From a virus (taxonomy: Duplodnaviria; Heunggongvirae; Uroviricota; Caudoviricetes), in IMG/VR virus record IMGVR_UViG_2663763326_000008, positions 1 to 50,429 of that record: a stretch of 50,429 bases of DNA. The stretch is one strand, 5' to 3'. The notes beneath the pieces were generated by a model. The model did no database searches. It was given only the letters and a program-made list of their open reading frames with translations, and was not told the origin of the DNA. Shown in pieces: positions 1 through 10,624 of this stretch; position 1 is the first letter of the stretch; each line of letters starts with the position of its first letter. The position numbers and the translations under genes are program-made.

Positions 1-1158
1 ATGCTCACCGTTAAGCAGATTGAAGCAGCAAAGCCGAAAGAAAAACCATACCGCCTACTCGATGGTAATGGCCTGTACCTTTATGTCCCTGTGTCAGGGA
101 AAAAGGTATGGCAGCTTCGCTACAAGATTGACGGTAAGGAGAAAATCCTGACCGTAGGAAAATATCCGCTAATGACTTTGCAGGAGGCAAGAGATAAAGC
201 ATGGACCGCGAGGAAAGACATCTCGGTTGGCATCGATCCGGTAAAAGCGAAAAAGGCTTCGTCTAACAACAATTCCTTTAGTGCCATTTACAAGGAATGG
301 TACGAGCACAAGAAGCAAGTCTGGTCAGTAGGCTATGCAACTGAACTTGCCAAAATGTTTGATGACGACATTTTACCCATCATCGGCGGTCTTGAGATTC
401 AGGATATTGAGCCGATGCAACTGCTGGAAGTAATCCGCAGATTTGAAGATCGCGGTGCAATGGAGCGAGCCAACAAAGCCCGCAGAAGATGCGGCGAGGT
501 TTTCCGTTACGCTATTGTCACCGGCAGGGCTAAATATAACCCGGCACCTGACCTTGCTGACGCCATGAATGGGTACCGCAAGAAGAACTTCCCGTTTCTT
601 CCTGCAGACCAGATCCCGGCATTCAATAAAGCACTGGCAACATTTTCAGGAAGTATCGTATCGCTCATTGCCACCAAGGTTTTACGCTACACTGCCCTAA
701 GAACGAAAGAGCTTCGTTCCATGCTATGGAAGAACGTCGATTTTGAAAACAGAATTATCACCATCGACGCCAATGTGATGAAGGGACGCAAAATTCATGT
801 GGTCCCGATGTCAGACCAGGTGGTTGAACTTCTCACTACGCTAAGCTCAATCACCAAACCAGTATCAGAGTTTGTTTTTGCCGGGCGCAACGATAAGAAG
901 AAGTCAATCTGCGAGAACGCGGTACTGCTTGTGATCAAACAAATCGGCTATGAAGGTCTGGAAAGCGGTCACGGATTCAGGCATGAATTCAGCACGATTA
1001 TGAACGAGCACGAATGGCCTGCTGACGCTATTGAAGTGCAACTGGCACATGCCAACGGCGGATCTGTGCGAGGGATTTACAACCATGCTCAGTATCTCGA
1101 TAAGCGCAGAGAAATGATGCAGTGGTGGGCGGACTGGATTGATGAAAAGGTGGAGTGA
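1..1158 (+). CDS. int: Tyrosine integrase, P4/CP4-57 type
   Basis: 385 aa; N-terminus MLTVKQIEAAKPKEKPY, catalytic region HGFRHEFST and C-terminal RGIYNHAQYLDKRREMMQWWADW resemble E. coli P4-family IntA as I recall it; window starts at its ATG. Confidence 0.9.
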   Translation: MLTVKQIEAAKPKEKPYRLLDGNGLYLYVPVSGKKVWQLRYKIDGKEKILTVGKYPLMTLQEARDKAWTARKDISVGIDPVKAKKASSNNNSFSAIYKEWYEHKKQVWSVGYATELAKMFDDDILPIIGGLEIQDIEPMQLLEVIRRFEDRGAMERANKARRRCGEVFRYAIVTGRAKYNPAPDLADAMNGYRKKNFPFLPADQIPAFNKALATFSGSIVSLIATKVLRYTALRTKELRSMLWKNVDFENRIITIDANVMKGRKIHVVPMSDQVVELLTTLSSITKPVSEFVFAGRNDKKKSICENAVLLVIKQIGYEGLESGHGFRHEFSTIMNEHEWPADAIEVQLAHANGGSVRGIYNHAQYLDKRREMMQWWADWIDEKVE

Positions 1159-1302
1159 TACACCTTAACTATCGAATAGCACAAAGCCTTGCAATCCAGT
1201 GCAAAGCTTTGTGTGTCTCAGTTTTTATAAATTCTTAAGCAAGAATCATAGTTATAACTATTATGTAAATTTTATGATATATATTGTATTTAAATGCTGG
1301 TT

Positions 1303-3381
1303 TTACTTATTAACCCAACCTGTAGCATTTGTGTTGCTTTCCTTTATATAAAGTACTGTATTTCCACCTCCATCAGAACGAGTGTAAATAGAACCAACTG
1401 GTGCTCCAACTCCGCTAGATGTTGGGTTGCCTTCTTGCCCAAATATCACAAGTGAGCTTTTATCTGTAGCTTGATTATTCTGTGTGGCTGATGTTCCAAA
1501 TGAAACATTCCCTATAAATGACACGCTCTTACAGGTTGATGTAGCAAATATACCAACTGATGGTTTATTAGTTGCAATGCCATCACGAATTTGATTTGAA
1601 CTAACAATTACATTTTCTGCACCAGAGTCAATTCGTATACCATTATGGTTGTTATCTGCGGTAGAAACCCCAGCTATAATGTTTGATTGAATAGTAACAT
1701 TTGAATATTTACCATTAATATGAATCCCATGCAGGGAAATATTTCTAAAGATGTTGCTAGAAATTACAACATCATGCGAAAAACCAGACCCTATAAATTC
1801 TTCTGCATTGGTTTCAGAAATCCATAAAGAACTTGATGTTCCTGAATCGTATTCATTATTAGAGATGATTGATTTGTTAATAAAATCACCTTTGAAAAAA
1901 CCGATTCCGCCTCTTGCTGTGTTTCCAGTGACAGTTAGTCCTGAAACCCATCTTGCGTCTACTGCATATGATTGAGACTCTGTAATAAACATGGAATTGT
2001 TGGATATTACGATATCTTCATGAAATGCATCTGATGTATCTGTATATGGATATGTAGGTGCAGCAAGAAGAATCGGGGATCTAACGCCTTCAAAATAATT
2101 GCCAACAATGCGCCCCCTCCTTGCCCCCTGTGGTTTTGATGATGATGGGAATGGGGTTACATGAACTCCTCGCGCGGTACTGTTATAGAAAGAGCATCCG
2201 CTAACCACCCAATCATACCAGTTGAAAACCCTTACCCCGGCAAAGAGCATTCCATCGAACCTGCAGTTTATGACCCTTATATTTTTGTCCTGATTCCCAT
2301 ATGAATTAGCATGGTTCCCAACCCCCGCCCCCCACGCCCCAAACCCAGTGGTGGTATTTTGTGGATTTGAACCAAAATAACAGTTATCAACAAGAACATT
2401 GATGTTTGGGTAATAATCGCCAAGAGATTCAATCCCCGGATCTAACTGTATCGCTTCTGAATAATTTCGGTTGGAAAGTGGTTTGAAGCCAAGAAACTTA
2501 CAGTCTCTTATAATCACCCCTTGCCCGTCAGCAATATCTACAGCATGAAAATCGACTACATCAAGAAATGTTACTCCAACAATAGAAAGATTTCTTGGTG
2601 AGGAGGCCGCAATGATGTCAAAAGGATCTGTAGGGTGGTCTTGTCCTCCTCCATCTAGTATTCCGCCTGTTATTTTAATGTTAGTGCCAGTATTAGGGTT
2701 TATTCTCAGCATAACGTCATTAGAAAAATTACGTTTAATGGTTACGCCATCAGTCATCTTTAGGTGAGTATTTGATTTTATTTGCAACTCAGAAAGCAAA
2801 GTATATATGCCTGGTAGTGAAAACTGTAGTGTACCTCCTCCAATGCTATATATTGCATCTAGCGCAAATTGCAGAGCTACTTTATTGTCAGCATTCGATG
2901 GATGAGCACCGAAGTCAAGAACATCAATGATTTGTTGGTTCTTTTGGTGTTGAGTTTGATTTGCTGCTCCGGGGAATGGTTGTTTCACCGACACTAATTC
3001 ATCCCCATCACCATCATCAAAGGATGCCAACCTCTTCTGAAACTGATCAGGGTCATACTTCAGCACATTAGGAAAATAAAACTGCTGCGCACCACATGCA
3101 TCATAAACAGCCATAGAATGGCCTTGCACAGTTACGAATTTGGCAATCTGTCCGTTATATACTGGATACCCAGCGGCATTGATGACGATTGGCTGTGCAA
3201 CAGGAACGTGAGAACCATCTTCGTTATCAACATAGACCTGAATCTGGTTATCAGGATTTACCGGGTCAGTGTCAATTTTACCGATATAAATTTTGCCATT
3301 AGCTACGGCTTTAAAAGAACGCGCCATAGTGAAGAGTTGCGAAGGCATGCTCACTACAACATTGGCTGTAATGTCTGTCAT
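1303..3381 (-). CDS. Tailspike protein (P22 gp9-like N-terminal head-binding domain fused to a different receptor-binding domain)
   Basis: 692 aa; N-terminus [11 protein letters not shown]...[22 protein letters not shown]...[13 protein letters not shown]...NVLKYDPDQ closely matches P22 gp9 head-binding domain from memory; remainder diverges. Confidence 0.85.
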   Translation of the reverse strand: MTDITANVVVSMPSQLFTMARSFKAVANGKIYIGKIDTDPVNPDNQIQVYVDNEDGSHVPVAQPIVINAAGYPVYNGQIAKFVTVQGHSMAVYDACGAQQFYFPNVLKYDPDQFQKRLASFDDGDGDELVSVKQPFPGAANQTQHQKNQQIIDVLDFGAHPSNADNKVALQFALDAIYSIGGGTLQFSLPGIYTLLSELQIKSNTHLKMTDGVTIKRNFSNDVMLRINPNTGTNIKITGGILDGGGQDHPTDPFDIIAASSPRNLSIVGVTFLDVVDFHAVDIADGQGVIIRDCKFLGFKPLSNRNYSEAIQLDPGIESLGDYYPNINVLVDNCYFGSNPQNTTTGFGAWGAGVGNHANSYGNQDKNIRVINCRFDGMLFAGVRVFNWYDWVVSGCSFYNSTARGVHVTPFPSSSKPQGARRGRIVGNYFEGVRSPILLAAPTYPYTDTSDAFHEDIVISNNSMFITESQSYAVDARWVSGLTVTGNTARGGIGFFKGDFINKSIISNNEYDSGTSSSLWISETNAEEFIGSGFSHDVVISSNIFRNISLHGIHINGKYSNVTIQSNIIAGVSTADNNHNGIRIDSGAENVIVSSNQIRDGIATNKPSVGIFATSTCKSVSFIGNVSFGTSATQNNQATDKSSLVIFGQEGNPTSSGVGAPVGSIYTRSDGGGNTVLYIKESNTNATGWVNK

Positions 3382-3481
3382 TTAATTTGCTCCAGATACA
3401 AGGAATCGCCGCAGCATGGCTACGGTGAATTTTGGGCATAAAAAAACCCAGCCGAAGCTGGGTCGTTGCGTTGGTTATCTG

Positions 3482-4405
3482 TCAGTAGTTATGTACTGAA
3501 GGAGGTAATTCTTTATTCTTAAGTCTCATCCATGCGGAAAGATTCGCTGGTCCGTCTGGCTCATTAATATCAACATCTCGTGTGTGGTTTATTAAAACGT
3601 CTCTCGCCATTCCGATAACATACGAGAATTCATGACCGTAGTCGTAGCATCTGCCGGAATAGTTCGATTGAATTTGTTTTAATGCCGGATACAGTTCGCG
3701 GAATAATGCCTGTGAACGGTTGGCATAATCCCATAACCATACAAGGCTGTTTGCTTCTTTTGCAGAAAGCTCGTCGGTTTTCTTCTCTTGTTTGCCAATG
3801 AACTCACCTTCAAGTGGAACTCGAGCTGCAAGTGACAGTGCTTCGGTAAACTGCTCCTCACTGATTTCTTTGTACGAACATCCAAAATGGGATTTCAGTG
3901 ACGACCACATGGTGATCATCGCCTTAGCCTGTTTTTCTTTTGGCAGAGACTGACCGCGACTCATGACGAGTTGTTTAATGGCTTCCTGCTGTTCAGTGGT
4001 GATTTTACCCGGCAACGCCTTTTTAACTTTGCGTGGGTTAACTACATGGCCTTTAGTCCAGTATTCGTAGAGCACATCGTCACACTCTTCCTGATACTGG
4101 ATTACCTTGTCGCGGATTTCAGGGCGGACTTTGTTAGGACTGATGCTGTTCAACCAAGCTGCCAATTTTCGTAAAGCCATACAAATCATGGCTTGCACCC
4201 CACCGGCAGAAGGTATGGTGATTTCCACCATACCCTTCGAGAAGCGTTGAGAAATCTTCTTATGTTGAGATTTCCAGTCTAGCCCCATTCCCTCAACGAT
4301 AGGTTTCATTGGGGTGTACGGCTCACCGTTGTGATTGACGACATAAAGCTCTGCGCCGTGGAATGGCACGTTGATAGTAGATACTGCTGTTGCTATACTT
4401 TTCAT
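3482..4405 (-). CDS. ant: Antirepressor (Ant-like)
   Basis: 307 aa; sits downstream of a small RHH gene and divergent from an Mnt-like gene, i.e. the P22 immI arrangement; size close to P22 Ant. Confidence 0.55.
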   Translation of the reverse strand: MKSIATAVSTINVPFHGAELYVVNHNGEPYTPMKPIVEGMGLDWKSQHKKISQRFSKGMVEITIPSAGGVQAMICMALRKLAAWLNSISPNKVRPEIRDKVIQYQEECDDVLYEYWTKGHVVNPRKVKKALPGKITTEQQEAIKQLVMSRGQSLPKEKQAKAMITMWSSLKSHFGCSYKEISEEQFTEALSLAARVPLEGEFIGKQEKKTDELSAKEANSLVWLWDYANRSQALFRELYPALKQIQSNYSGRCYDYGHEFSYVIGMARDVLINHTRDVDINEPDGPANLSAWMRLKNKELPPSVHNY

Positions 4406-4470
4406 GTCAGTTTTTCCTCAAAATTTACTGGCGATTTAAGCCCGAGCTACTCGCAATAGCTTGGGCTTTA
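4406..4470 (+). ncRNA. Candidate Sar-like antisense RNA / arc-ant intergenic hairpin
   Basis: Inverted repeat aagcccgagct..agcttgggctt (about 4438-4468) followed by ttta on + strand, antisense to the ant translation start; analogous in position to P22 sar. Confidence 0.25.
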
Positions 4471-4471
4471 C

Positions 4472-4618
4472 TCATTCTGGACAAACAATTCCATCCTTAG
4501 CTACTGACTCCTTTAGTCTCCTCAATACCTCATTACTGAACGACCGATCATCCTTTTTCGCGGACTGCTCCAAAGCCTTTTCTAGCCATTCTGGCATCCT
4601 TAATGTCTTAACTTTCAT
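4472..4618 (-). CDS. arc: Arc-like ribbon-helix-helix repressor (48 aa, not in ORF track)
   Basis: Hand translation MKVKTLRMPEWLEKALEQSAKKDDRSFSNEVLRRLKESVAKDGIVCPE; AAGGAG about 7 nt upstream of ATG; RHH-like pattern; directly upstream of ant. Confidence 0.55.
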   Translation of the reverse strand: MKVKTLRMPEWLEKALEQSAKKDDRSFSNEVLRRLKESVAKDGIVCPE

Positions 4619-4722
4619 TTTTGCTCCTTTGTATGTGGTACGCATACATAGTATTTAGGTACGCATTGATAGTCAATAGATACCTACATATCCTGTGGTA
4701 AAAAATTATTCAGGATGCGCCG
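4619..4722. promoter_or_regulatory. Divergent promoter/operator region between arc-like and mnt-like genes
   Basis: 104-bp AT-rich spacer with repeated ggtacgcat motifs and imperfect palindromes (tgtatg..cataca; attgatagtcaat). Confidence 0.45.
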
Positions 4723-4974
4723 ATGTCTGATCGTAAGTACAAAAACCCTCAAGTGAATCTGAGGCTTCCTGTAGAGATAAAGGAACGTCTTATTGAGCTG
4801 GCTGAGGCTAATTCTCGTTCATTAAATGCTGAGATGGTCGCGGCACTTGAAGCGTGGACCGAAAAAAATAAACACATTCAAGCACTAGACCTTGCAACTA
4901 TAGCATCACGATTGATAGATCTTGAACGCGATGTTGAGACGCTAAAGACCATGTATGGTAAGGATGAAAAATGA
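4723..4974 (+). CDS. mnt: Mnt-like ribbon-helix-helix repressor
   Basis: 83 aa; PQVNLRLPVEIKERLIELAEANSRSLNAEMVAALE resembles P22 Mnt/Arc N-terminal RHH (..RAEANGRSMNSE..) from memory; divergent from arc-ant. Confidence 0.75.
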   Translation: MSDRKYKNPQVNLRLPVEIKERLIELAEANSRSLNAEMVAALEAWTEKNKHIQALDLATIASRLIDLERDVETLKTMYGKDEK

Positions 4975-5336
4975 GTGACAATTCAGGATACTCAGACGAT
5001 CAACTGCGAGAGGCTGAATATCGCAAGGCGCTATCGTCTATAACTACAAAGGTTCTCGACTCTTTCTTGAGAGCTAAAGGTGTTCCAGACGAATGCCCAA
5101 TGTGCGGGCAGTCTGAAATGGTTGTCCCTCAAGTTCAATTTGTAAATCAGGATAATGGAAAAGACATCATGGGTAGGCATGCCCATTATGGTGAATATAT
5201 AAAAAACGAAGATGAATCATTCAACCCAATAAATTACTCTTATCATGTAATTTGCAAGCATTGCGGATACATTATGCAGTACAACACAGGTGTTGTGTTA
5301 AGCTGGTATCTAAGGGAGAAAAACAGCAATGTCTAA
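4971..5336 (+). CDS. Hypothetical protein with two CxxC pairs (zinc-ribbon-like)
   Basis: 121 aa; CPMCG...CKHCG; start overlaps mnt stop (ATGA). Confidence 0.5.
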   Translation: MSDNSGYSDDQLREAEYRKALSSITTKVLDSFLRAKGVPDECPMCGQSEMVVPQVQFVNQDNGKDIMGRHAHYGEYIKNEDESFNPINYSYHVICKHCGYIMQYNTGVVLSWYLREKNSNV

Positions 5337-5664
5337 GTTGAAGTTGGCTTACGATGCTGACAATCCTTTTCCGAATAGCGAATTTGCCCCCATCGGAATT
5401 GAAGACTCAGAAGAGCCAGCACATGGAGGTGGCAATGGAGGAGGATCAGATATGAACAGTAGAATGACCCGCATTGAAACGATTGCCGCCAACCAAGAAA
5501 AGCTAATATCAGAAACTAGAAAAGAGTTGATTGGCATCCGTGGCGACATGCACGGAATGGAGCGTCGCCTAGCAGATAAGATGGACGAGAATCAGAAGTG
5601 GCTTATCGCCCTCATGATATCTGCAATCCTTGCTCCGCTGTTTATTGCCTTGGTTACCAAATAG
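5329..5664 (+). CDS. Hypothetical C-terminally membrane-anchored protein
   Basis: 111 aa; Gly-rich linker then hydrophobic C-terminus WLIALMISAILAPLFIALV; overlaps previous gene. Confidence 0.5.
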   Translation: MSKLKLAYDADNPFPNSEFAPIGIEDSEEPAHGGGNGGGSDMNSRMTRIETIAANQEKLISETRKELIGIRGDMHGMERRLADKMDENQKWLIALMISAILAPLFIALVTK

Positions 5665-5685
5665 CTACTAACTAAGGAGATTTGT

Positions 5686-6009
5686 GTGTATACAACAGTT
5701 ATCGTGATAGCTATCGCACTCATTGTGGTTCAGTACCAACTGGCATCTTTAAAACAAAAGATATCTGACCTCAAGACTGAGAACGAAGCACTTAAAAGCT
5801 CAATAAAAGATGAGAAGAACAAACTATCATTCACTATATCTGATATTGAGCAATCCATTGAAATTATTGAGAATAATATTAACAGACTAAAAAAAGAAGA
5901 TATTCATGAAATCAATGACAATATCAAGGATTTGAAATCTTGGCTTAGGAATGTAGGACAAATCGCCACATCAACACGAGATAAGCTCAATCCATCCATG
6001 GATGATTAA
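5686..6009 (+). CDS. Hypothetical membrane/coiled-coil protein
   Basis: 107 aa; N-terminal hydrophobic segment YTTVIVIAIALIVV then heptad-like charged repeats; RBS aaggag upstream. Confidence 0.5.
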   Translation: MYTTVIVIAIALIVVQYQLASLKQKISDLKTENEALKSSIKDEKNKLSFTISDIEQSIEIIENNINRLKKEDIHEINDNIKDLKSWLRNVGQIATSTRDKLNPSMDD

Positions 6010-8136
6010 TTACTCCTGTGCTATTCCGCTTAGCGACGCTACAATGCCAGCCCTCGCTAAGCGATTGAACTCTTCGTTTCCAACTGCATCACGTATTGCT
6101 TTTACGGCGGCTTTATTTGCCATAAATCTGCGTTCCGCCGCCGCTAATGCTTCTTTACTTCCGCCAGCTCTTACTGCTTTCGTGGCTTCCTGAACTGCTT
6201 TCTCTATCGCATATCGACCGCTACGCGTGGTGGCAATTTTAGATACAGCACCTTTTAACCCGGCGCCAACTAAAGCACCCGCGGCAGCGCCTGCAATACC
6301 CCCTCCAGCGCCACCAACAATGGCACCTGATGTTGAGTTGGCAATTGCATTTAACACTGTTGATGTGACGTTGGATAAACCAGCATCCAGATCGCGTAGT
6401 ACATTGGCAGTTCTCCCTGTTCTTTCAATATACTGCTGAGGTTTCACTGCCGCTCTTGCAAGAGTGCCATATGCATCAGCAATTCTTCCGAGATCTGAGG
6501 AATATCTGCTAATGGCTTTTACATTTTGTGGGGTAAGTATCCCTGCGATATGGTTAATTCCTGCTGCATCAGCTTTGCCACCACGTACACCATGCGAGAT
6601 AGCATCTTGCAACATTGATGATATAGCAGGAACACGCTCTGATTCTGGCAGCGCGCGGATCATAGAATGGAACCCAGCAGGACCATTAAGACCTTTAGCT
6701 GACGATGATTGAAGGGATTTTACTCCATTCGTAATCAGTGCATCTGTTGCCAAATCACGCCCGAAAACAGACTCTGCACTCTCTTGTGCTGATAACCTCG
6801 CTTTAGACAGATCATTAGCTTTCTGCCAGTCATCAAGAAATCCGCCGTTTTCCGCCATTGTGCGCATATCATCAGTAATTGCCCGGCGTATTTCCCCTGC
6901 TCTCCTTGCCGCATTTGCCTCTCCGCTACGCTTATATTTTTGCTCCGCATCAGCAAATTTCGCTCTCCATGCTTTCATGCCATCAAATGTTACTCCACCT
7001 TGATTGTTTGCCTGAACAAACTGTTTCATTTCAGGAGTAAGTGGTATGCCAGCAGATCGCTCTGCCTGAATAACGGCATTACCATTTAGCATTCTTGCTT
7101 TTTGATTTGGCATTGTTGACCGCACGTCATCCCATGCCGCGCGCTCGGCATCCTTCATCTGATCAAGATTTTGAAGAATCCTTTGTTTTATAGCCGCACT
7201 TTTTTCTGATGCCGTTCCAGATGCGGCCCCAAATTCATCAAGGTTTCGACTTAACTTTGATGATATTTCGTTAAATGCTGCCTGATGGGCGTCCTGAACA
7301 ATTCCTGGTGTTGATGCCAATGCGCCTTCAGCTTGTGCAATTCCACGACTTCCAGATCGCATTCCTGGTGTTAATGCGTTTATATCAATTCCAGCAGACT
7401 CAGCCGCTTTTGCTACATCTTCGGACACATTAGCGGCCTGACTGGCAATTGACCGACGCCCAGCACCTGACTTTGCCATCCTGGAAACATCATTAGCAGA
7501 ATTCAGTGCTGCACCACCAAGAGCCTGTGAAACCCTTGGCGCAATAACGCGCCCGACACCTGAAAGAACGCCTTGAGCACCAATATTGATACCACCGTTA
7601 ATGGCAGCATTTTGTGCAAAGTCGCCCTCCTGATTTGCAGCATCAGCAAGAGAACCTGCAATCATGTTTCCTGCGGAACCGATATCTCCAGCGAGCTTTG
7701 CTGGCGCTCCAGCAGCTTTTGCCGCTGTGCCAATTGGCAGGAGATACCCACCAATTGTTTCACCGGCTTGCGCGTAAGGGTCTGTCGGTCGATCGACTGG
7801 ACGATAGACATCATCCAATACTTTTGGCCCACCAAGCCCCTGACTGATTGCATTAATCAGACTTGCGCCACCCTGCAATACGTCAAATGGTATGTTTACC
7901 AGACCACGACCAGCCTGTTCTGCAATTTGCCCTGCACTTTGACCACCAGTGAGCCAATCGCCAGCTTGTTGCATCAATGATGGTTCTTCACGTGCTTGTT
8001 CATTATTGGCCTGATTAACTGTTTGTTGCTGAACAGCCTGACCAGCAAAATACTCATCAATGGCGGTGCCAATATCTTCGGTGCTCGTACCATCAGGAAA
8101 GGTAAATGTCTTACCGTTTGCAGTTACTTTCATCAT
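6010..8136 (-). CDS. Ejection (injection) protein, P22 gp16-position
   Basis: 708 aa Ala/Gly-rich protein, last gene of the P22-like late operon before immI; synteny-based. Confidence 0.55.
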   Translation of the reverse strand: MMKVTANGKTFTFPDGTSTEDIGTAIDEYFAGQAVQQQTVNQANNEQAREEPSLMQQAGDWLTGGQSAGQIAEQAGRGLVNIPFDVLQGGASLINAISQGLGGPKVLDDVYRPVDRPTDPYAQAGETIGGYLLPIGTAAKAAGAPAKLAGDIGSAGNMIAGSLADAANQEGDFAQNAAINGGINIGAQGVLSGVGRVIAPRVSQALGGAALNSANDVSRMAKSGAGRRSIASQAANVSEDVAKAAESAGIDINALTPGMRSGSRGIAQAEGALASTPGIVQDAHQAAFNEISSKLSRNLDEFGAASGTASEKSAAIKQRILQNLDQMKDAERAAWDDVRSTMPNQKARMLNGNAVIQAERSAGIPLTPEMKQFVQANNQGGVTFDGMKAWRAKFADAEQKYKRSGEANAARRAGEIRRAITDDMRTMAENGGFLDDWQKANDLSKARLSAQESAESVFGRDLATDALITNGVKSLQSSSAKGLNGPAGFHSMIRALPESERVPAISSMLQDAISHGVRGGKADAAGINHIAGILTPQNVKAISRYSSDLGRIADAYGTLARAAVKPQQYIERTGRTANVLRDLDAGLSNVTSTVLNAIANSTSGAIVGGAGGGIAGAAAGALVGAGLKGAVSKIATTRSGRYAIEKAVQEATKAVRAGGSKEALAAAERRFMANKAAVKAIRDAVGNEEFNRLARAGIVASLSGIAQE

Positions 8137-9464
8137 TCCACCGTAAATTGAATGCCTGATTTTGAGGTATATGATCCGGATTGACTCTGCTGCTGTTGGG
8201 TATTTGTCGGTTGTTGGTTATTGCTCTGTTGTTGTGCAGGCTGCTGAATATCTTCATACAGCTTGGCTTTTCTGGATTGCAATTGCTTAGTTAGTCCGCT
8301 GGGGAGAGAATCTCCATAAGTTGAAAGATAATCATCCATTTGCTGATTAAACTTTTGGCCTTCAGTATTTGCCATCAGTTTTGAGGTGTTGATTAAGTCC
8401 TGGACTTGCTCATTATTCAGCATCTTGCCGTTAGATAATTGGCTAACATAGTTACCAAGTGTGCCGAATATTCCATCAGTGCGTTTTACCTGCACTTGCT
8501 CACCTTCGCGTACCACAGATTGCGGATCCAGCGATTTCATATAGTTGAAAATCATTCCCAACTGCGCGGCTGGAGTGTTGCGCTTCCCAAGGGCTTGTAG
8601 GTTGTCAGAAGCACTGCGCATTGCAGAATAATTCTTTGAGAACCCATTAATATCACTATTCAGATCTCGAACAAGTTTTGGGTCAATCTTTCCGCTTTCC
8701 TGTTGTTTCATCCCTAATTCCTGCAACTTCAGGGCTACGTTATCATTATGCATTTGTGCCCGCTGAGCCCTGTCTAGTTGAGCGTTCTGGATATTTGCCC
8801 ATCCTCTCGCATTCTCCATATCAGCCTGACGGATGCTTTCATCCAATCGCCCTTTCTCTAGTTGGCGACCAACCATCTTATCCTGATAATCCAGCATTTT
8901 ATCCGGACCAACAGCCCCTAGCGTCATAGTAGTCAGCATGTGTGATAGCTGCTCTGGATTCTGGATACCTGTCTGAATCATCCAGTCAGCATTAGCACCA
9001 ACGCGATTTAACCTGTCCTTGTTGTCAGTAATGAATTTACTGTAGGCTTCCGGTCCCTGAGAAAGAGCGACGTTAGCCCTCATGGCTAAATCGCCCATAT
9101 CGTTGCGTTGCTGCTCATTAAGACCGGAAAACGCCTGTTGTGCCTGCGCAACAAACGCTGGATTTTCCTGGGCAAACTTAAATAGTCCCGATGGATCACC
9201 AGAAGCCCATGCATCAGCGTGAACCTTATTGAACGCACTAATAGCTTTCTGTTGCTGTTCCTGATTGTAAATATCAGCAACTCCAGCCAGACCACGTAAC
9301 GCGGTCAGACCAACGTTATTTGCACCTGAGCGAGCCAGTTCATTGTTTTCGCGGATCAGACCAAGCGTTGCGTTAATGTCGCTTGCCTTTGGCGCATTCT
9401 CATTTTGCGTACCGATGCCAGCCAGAAAACCACCAGAATTAATACCCTGTTGCCACGTAGCCAT
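8133..9464 (-). CDS. Ejection protein, P22 gp20-position
   Basis: 443 aa, Gln/Asn-rich; synteny between gp7-like and gp16-like genes. Confidence 0.55.
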   Translation of the reverse strand: MATWQQGINSGGFLAGIGTQNENAPKASDINATLGLIRENNELARSGANNVGLTALRGLAGVADIYNQEQQQKAISAFNKVHADAWASGDPSGLFKFAQENPAFVAQAQQAFSGLNEQQRNDMGDLAMRANVALSQGPEAYSKFITDNKDRLNRVGANADWMIQTGIQNPEQLSHMLTTMTLGAVGPDKMLDYQDKMVGRQLEKGRLDESIRQADMENARGWANIQNAQLDRAQRAQMHNDNVALKLQELGMKQQESGKIDPKLVRDLNSDINGFSKNYSAMRSASDNLQALGKRNTPAAQLGMIFNYMKSLDPQSVVREGEQVQVKRTDGIFGTLGNYVSQLSNGKMLNNEQVQDLINTSKLMANTEGQKFNQQMDDYLSTYGDSLPSGLTKQLQSRKAKLYEDIQQPAQQQSNNQQPTNTQQQQSQSGSYTSKSGIQFTVE

Positions 9465-9551
9465 TGATTACCCCTTAAAACAACGAGCCAAGCAGACCAA
9501 GACCAGCACCGATACCAGCACCCCACGGAGTTGATAGCTCGAGAGCACTGG

Positions 9552-10166
9552 CTATGCCACCCCCAAAAGCGCACCGGATGCAGCACCACTAACCCCCTGC
9601 TGCAATGCTGACGGTCGGTTGGCGTTTGCCGCAGCCAGCGCCGCGCTTTGCTGTGAAATCTGACTCATGTTGTTGGCATATGTTTGCCCGGCGTTTGCCT
9701 GCCCCTGAAGAGCGCCAAGACCAATATTTGCCAGGTTGTTGTAATTGTTCATCTGACCAGATAGCCATTGCTGACCAAGCGTTGGTGCGATTGTTGCTAA
9801 CTGATTACTGGTTGCGGTGGAACCTAATCCACCTGTTGCTTCCGCTGCCGCCAGACTCTGATAGCGAGCCTGACCAGCAAGATCTTTGTACTGCTGAGAG
9901 TTGTAATACTGGTTAAGCGCCTGACCTTGCCCCTCCAGAGACGATAAGTTCTCGAGGCTGCCGACATACTTATCAGCCAGAGGAGTAAACGGCTTCAGGT
10001 TGTTCATGATGGTGTTGAACTGCTGATTTTGCAGGTCTGCGGCATACTTCTGGGCTTCTGCGGCATACTTTGCACTTTTATCAGAACTGCCACCTTTCCC
10101 GCCTTTTTCAGGGCAATAAGGTTCCTCACCGCGCAGTTTTCTGCCCAGTTTAAATGCATATAACAT
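9552..10166 (-). CDS. Ejection protein, P22 gp7-position (possibly frameshifted at 3' end)
   Basis: 204 aa; 87-nt gap to next gene contains an ATG-less frame encoding a Gly-zipper hydrophobic tail after a C6/A4 homopolymer. Confidence 0.5.
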   Translation of the reverse strand: MLYAFKLGRKLRGEEPYCPEKGGKGGSSDKSAKYAAEAQKYAADLQNQQFNTIMNNLKPFTPLADKYVGSLENLSSLEGQGQALNQYYNSQQYKDLAGQARYQSLAAAEATGGLGSTATSNQLATIAPTLGQQWLSGQMNNYNNLANIGLGALQGQANAGQTYANNMSQISQQSAALAAANANRPSALQQGVSGAASGALLGVA

Positions 10167-10168
10167 GG

Positions 10169-10624
10169 CTATCTCCCGTGATTCAGGAAGTCGATTAGTT
10201 CTTCGCGTGTGGCGCTGTAAAAAGTCACGTCATCCACGCCTTTGAAGTATTTCTTGATGGTTCCTACACGCTTAAGGCCAATCATTGCGCAGTACATCTG
10301 ACCGTGGCGGAATTTGCGCGCGGCGAACGATGTGACGCACTGAACGGTGGTGTTAATCAGAATGTATCGCCAGAACGCCAGCCCGATTTCCTTGCTGAAT
10401 CCACGAACCTCTGGCAGGTACATGGCGTGGCAATCGAATGTCAGCGGCTGAATCTCCTGATAGTAAACAATGCCGCCGAACTGCCCGTGCACGTTCACCT
10501 CAAAGTAACGGCATTCAGGTTTGTAGTCGTATCCATCACCGTTGTTGCTACCAGCGATAATGTCAGGGTGATTTCCGACTGCTTCGATCAGGTCGATGTT
10601 TCGCGTTGGTTTGAATGTAATCAT
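10169..10624 (-). CDS. Virion assembly protein, P22 gp14-position (hypothetical)
   Basis: 151 aa; position between tail needle and gp7-like genes. Confidence 0.4.
   Translation of the reverse strand: MITFKPTRNIDLIEAVGNHPDIIAGSNNGDGYDYKPECRYFEVNVHGQFGGIVYYQEIQPLTFDCHAMYLPEVRGFSKEIGLAFWRYILINTTVQCVTSFAARKFRHGQMYCAMIGLKRVGTIKKYFKGVDDVTFYSATREELIDFLNHGR

Noticed and set aside
6002-8136. Plus-strand ORFs overlapping the 708-aa ejection gene (6002..6193, 6227..6439, 6464..6712, 7573..7980)
   Set aside because: Ala/Gly-rich GC-biased sequence yields antisense ORFs; the minus-strand gene fits P22-like synteny.
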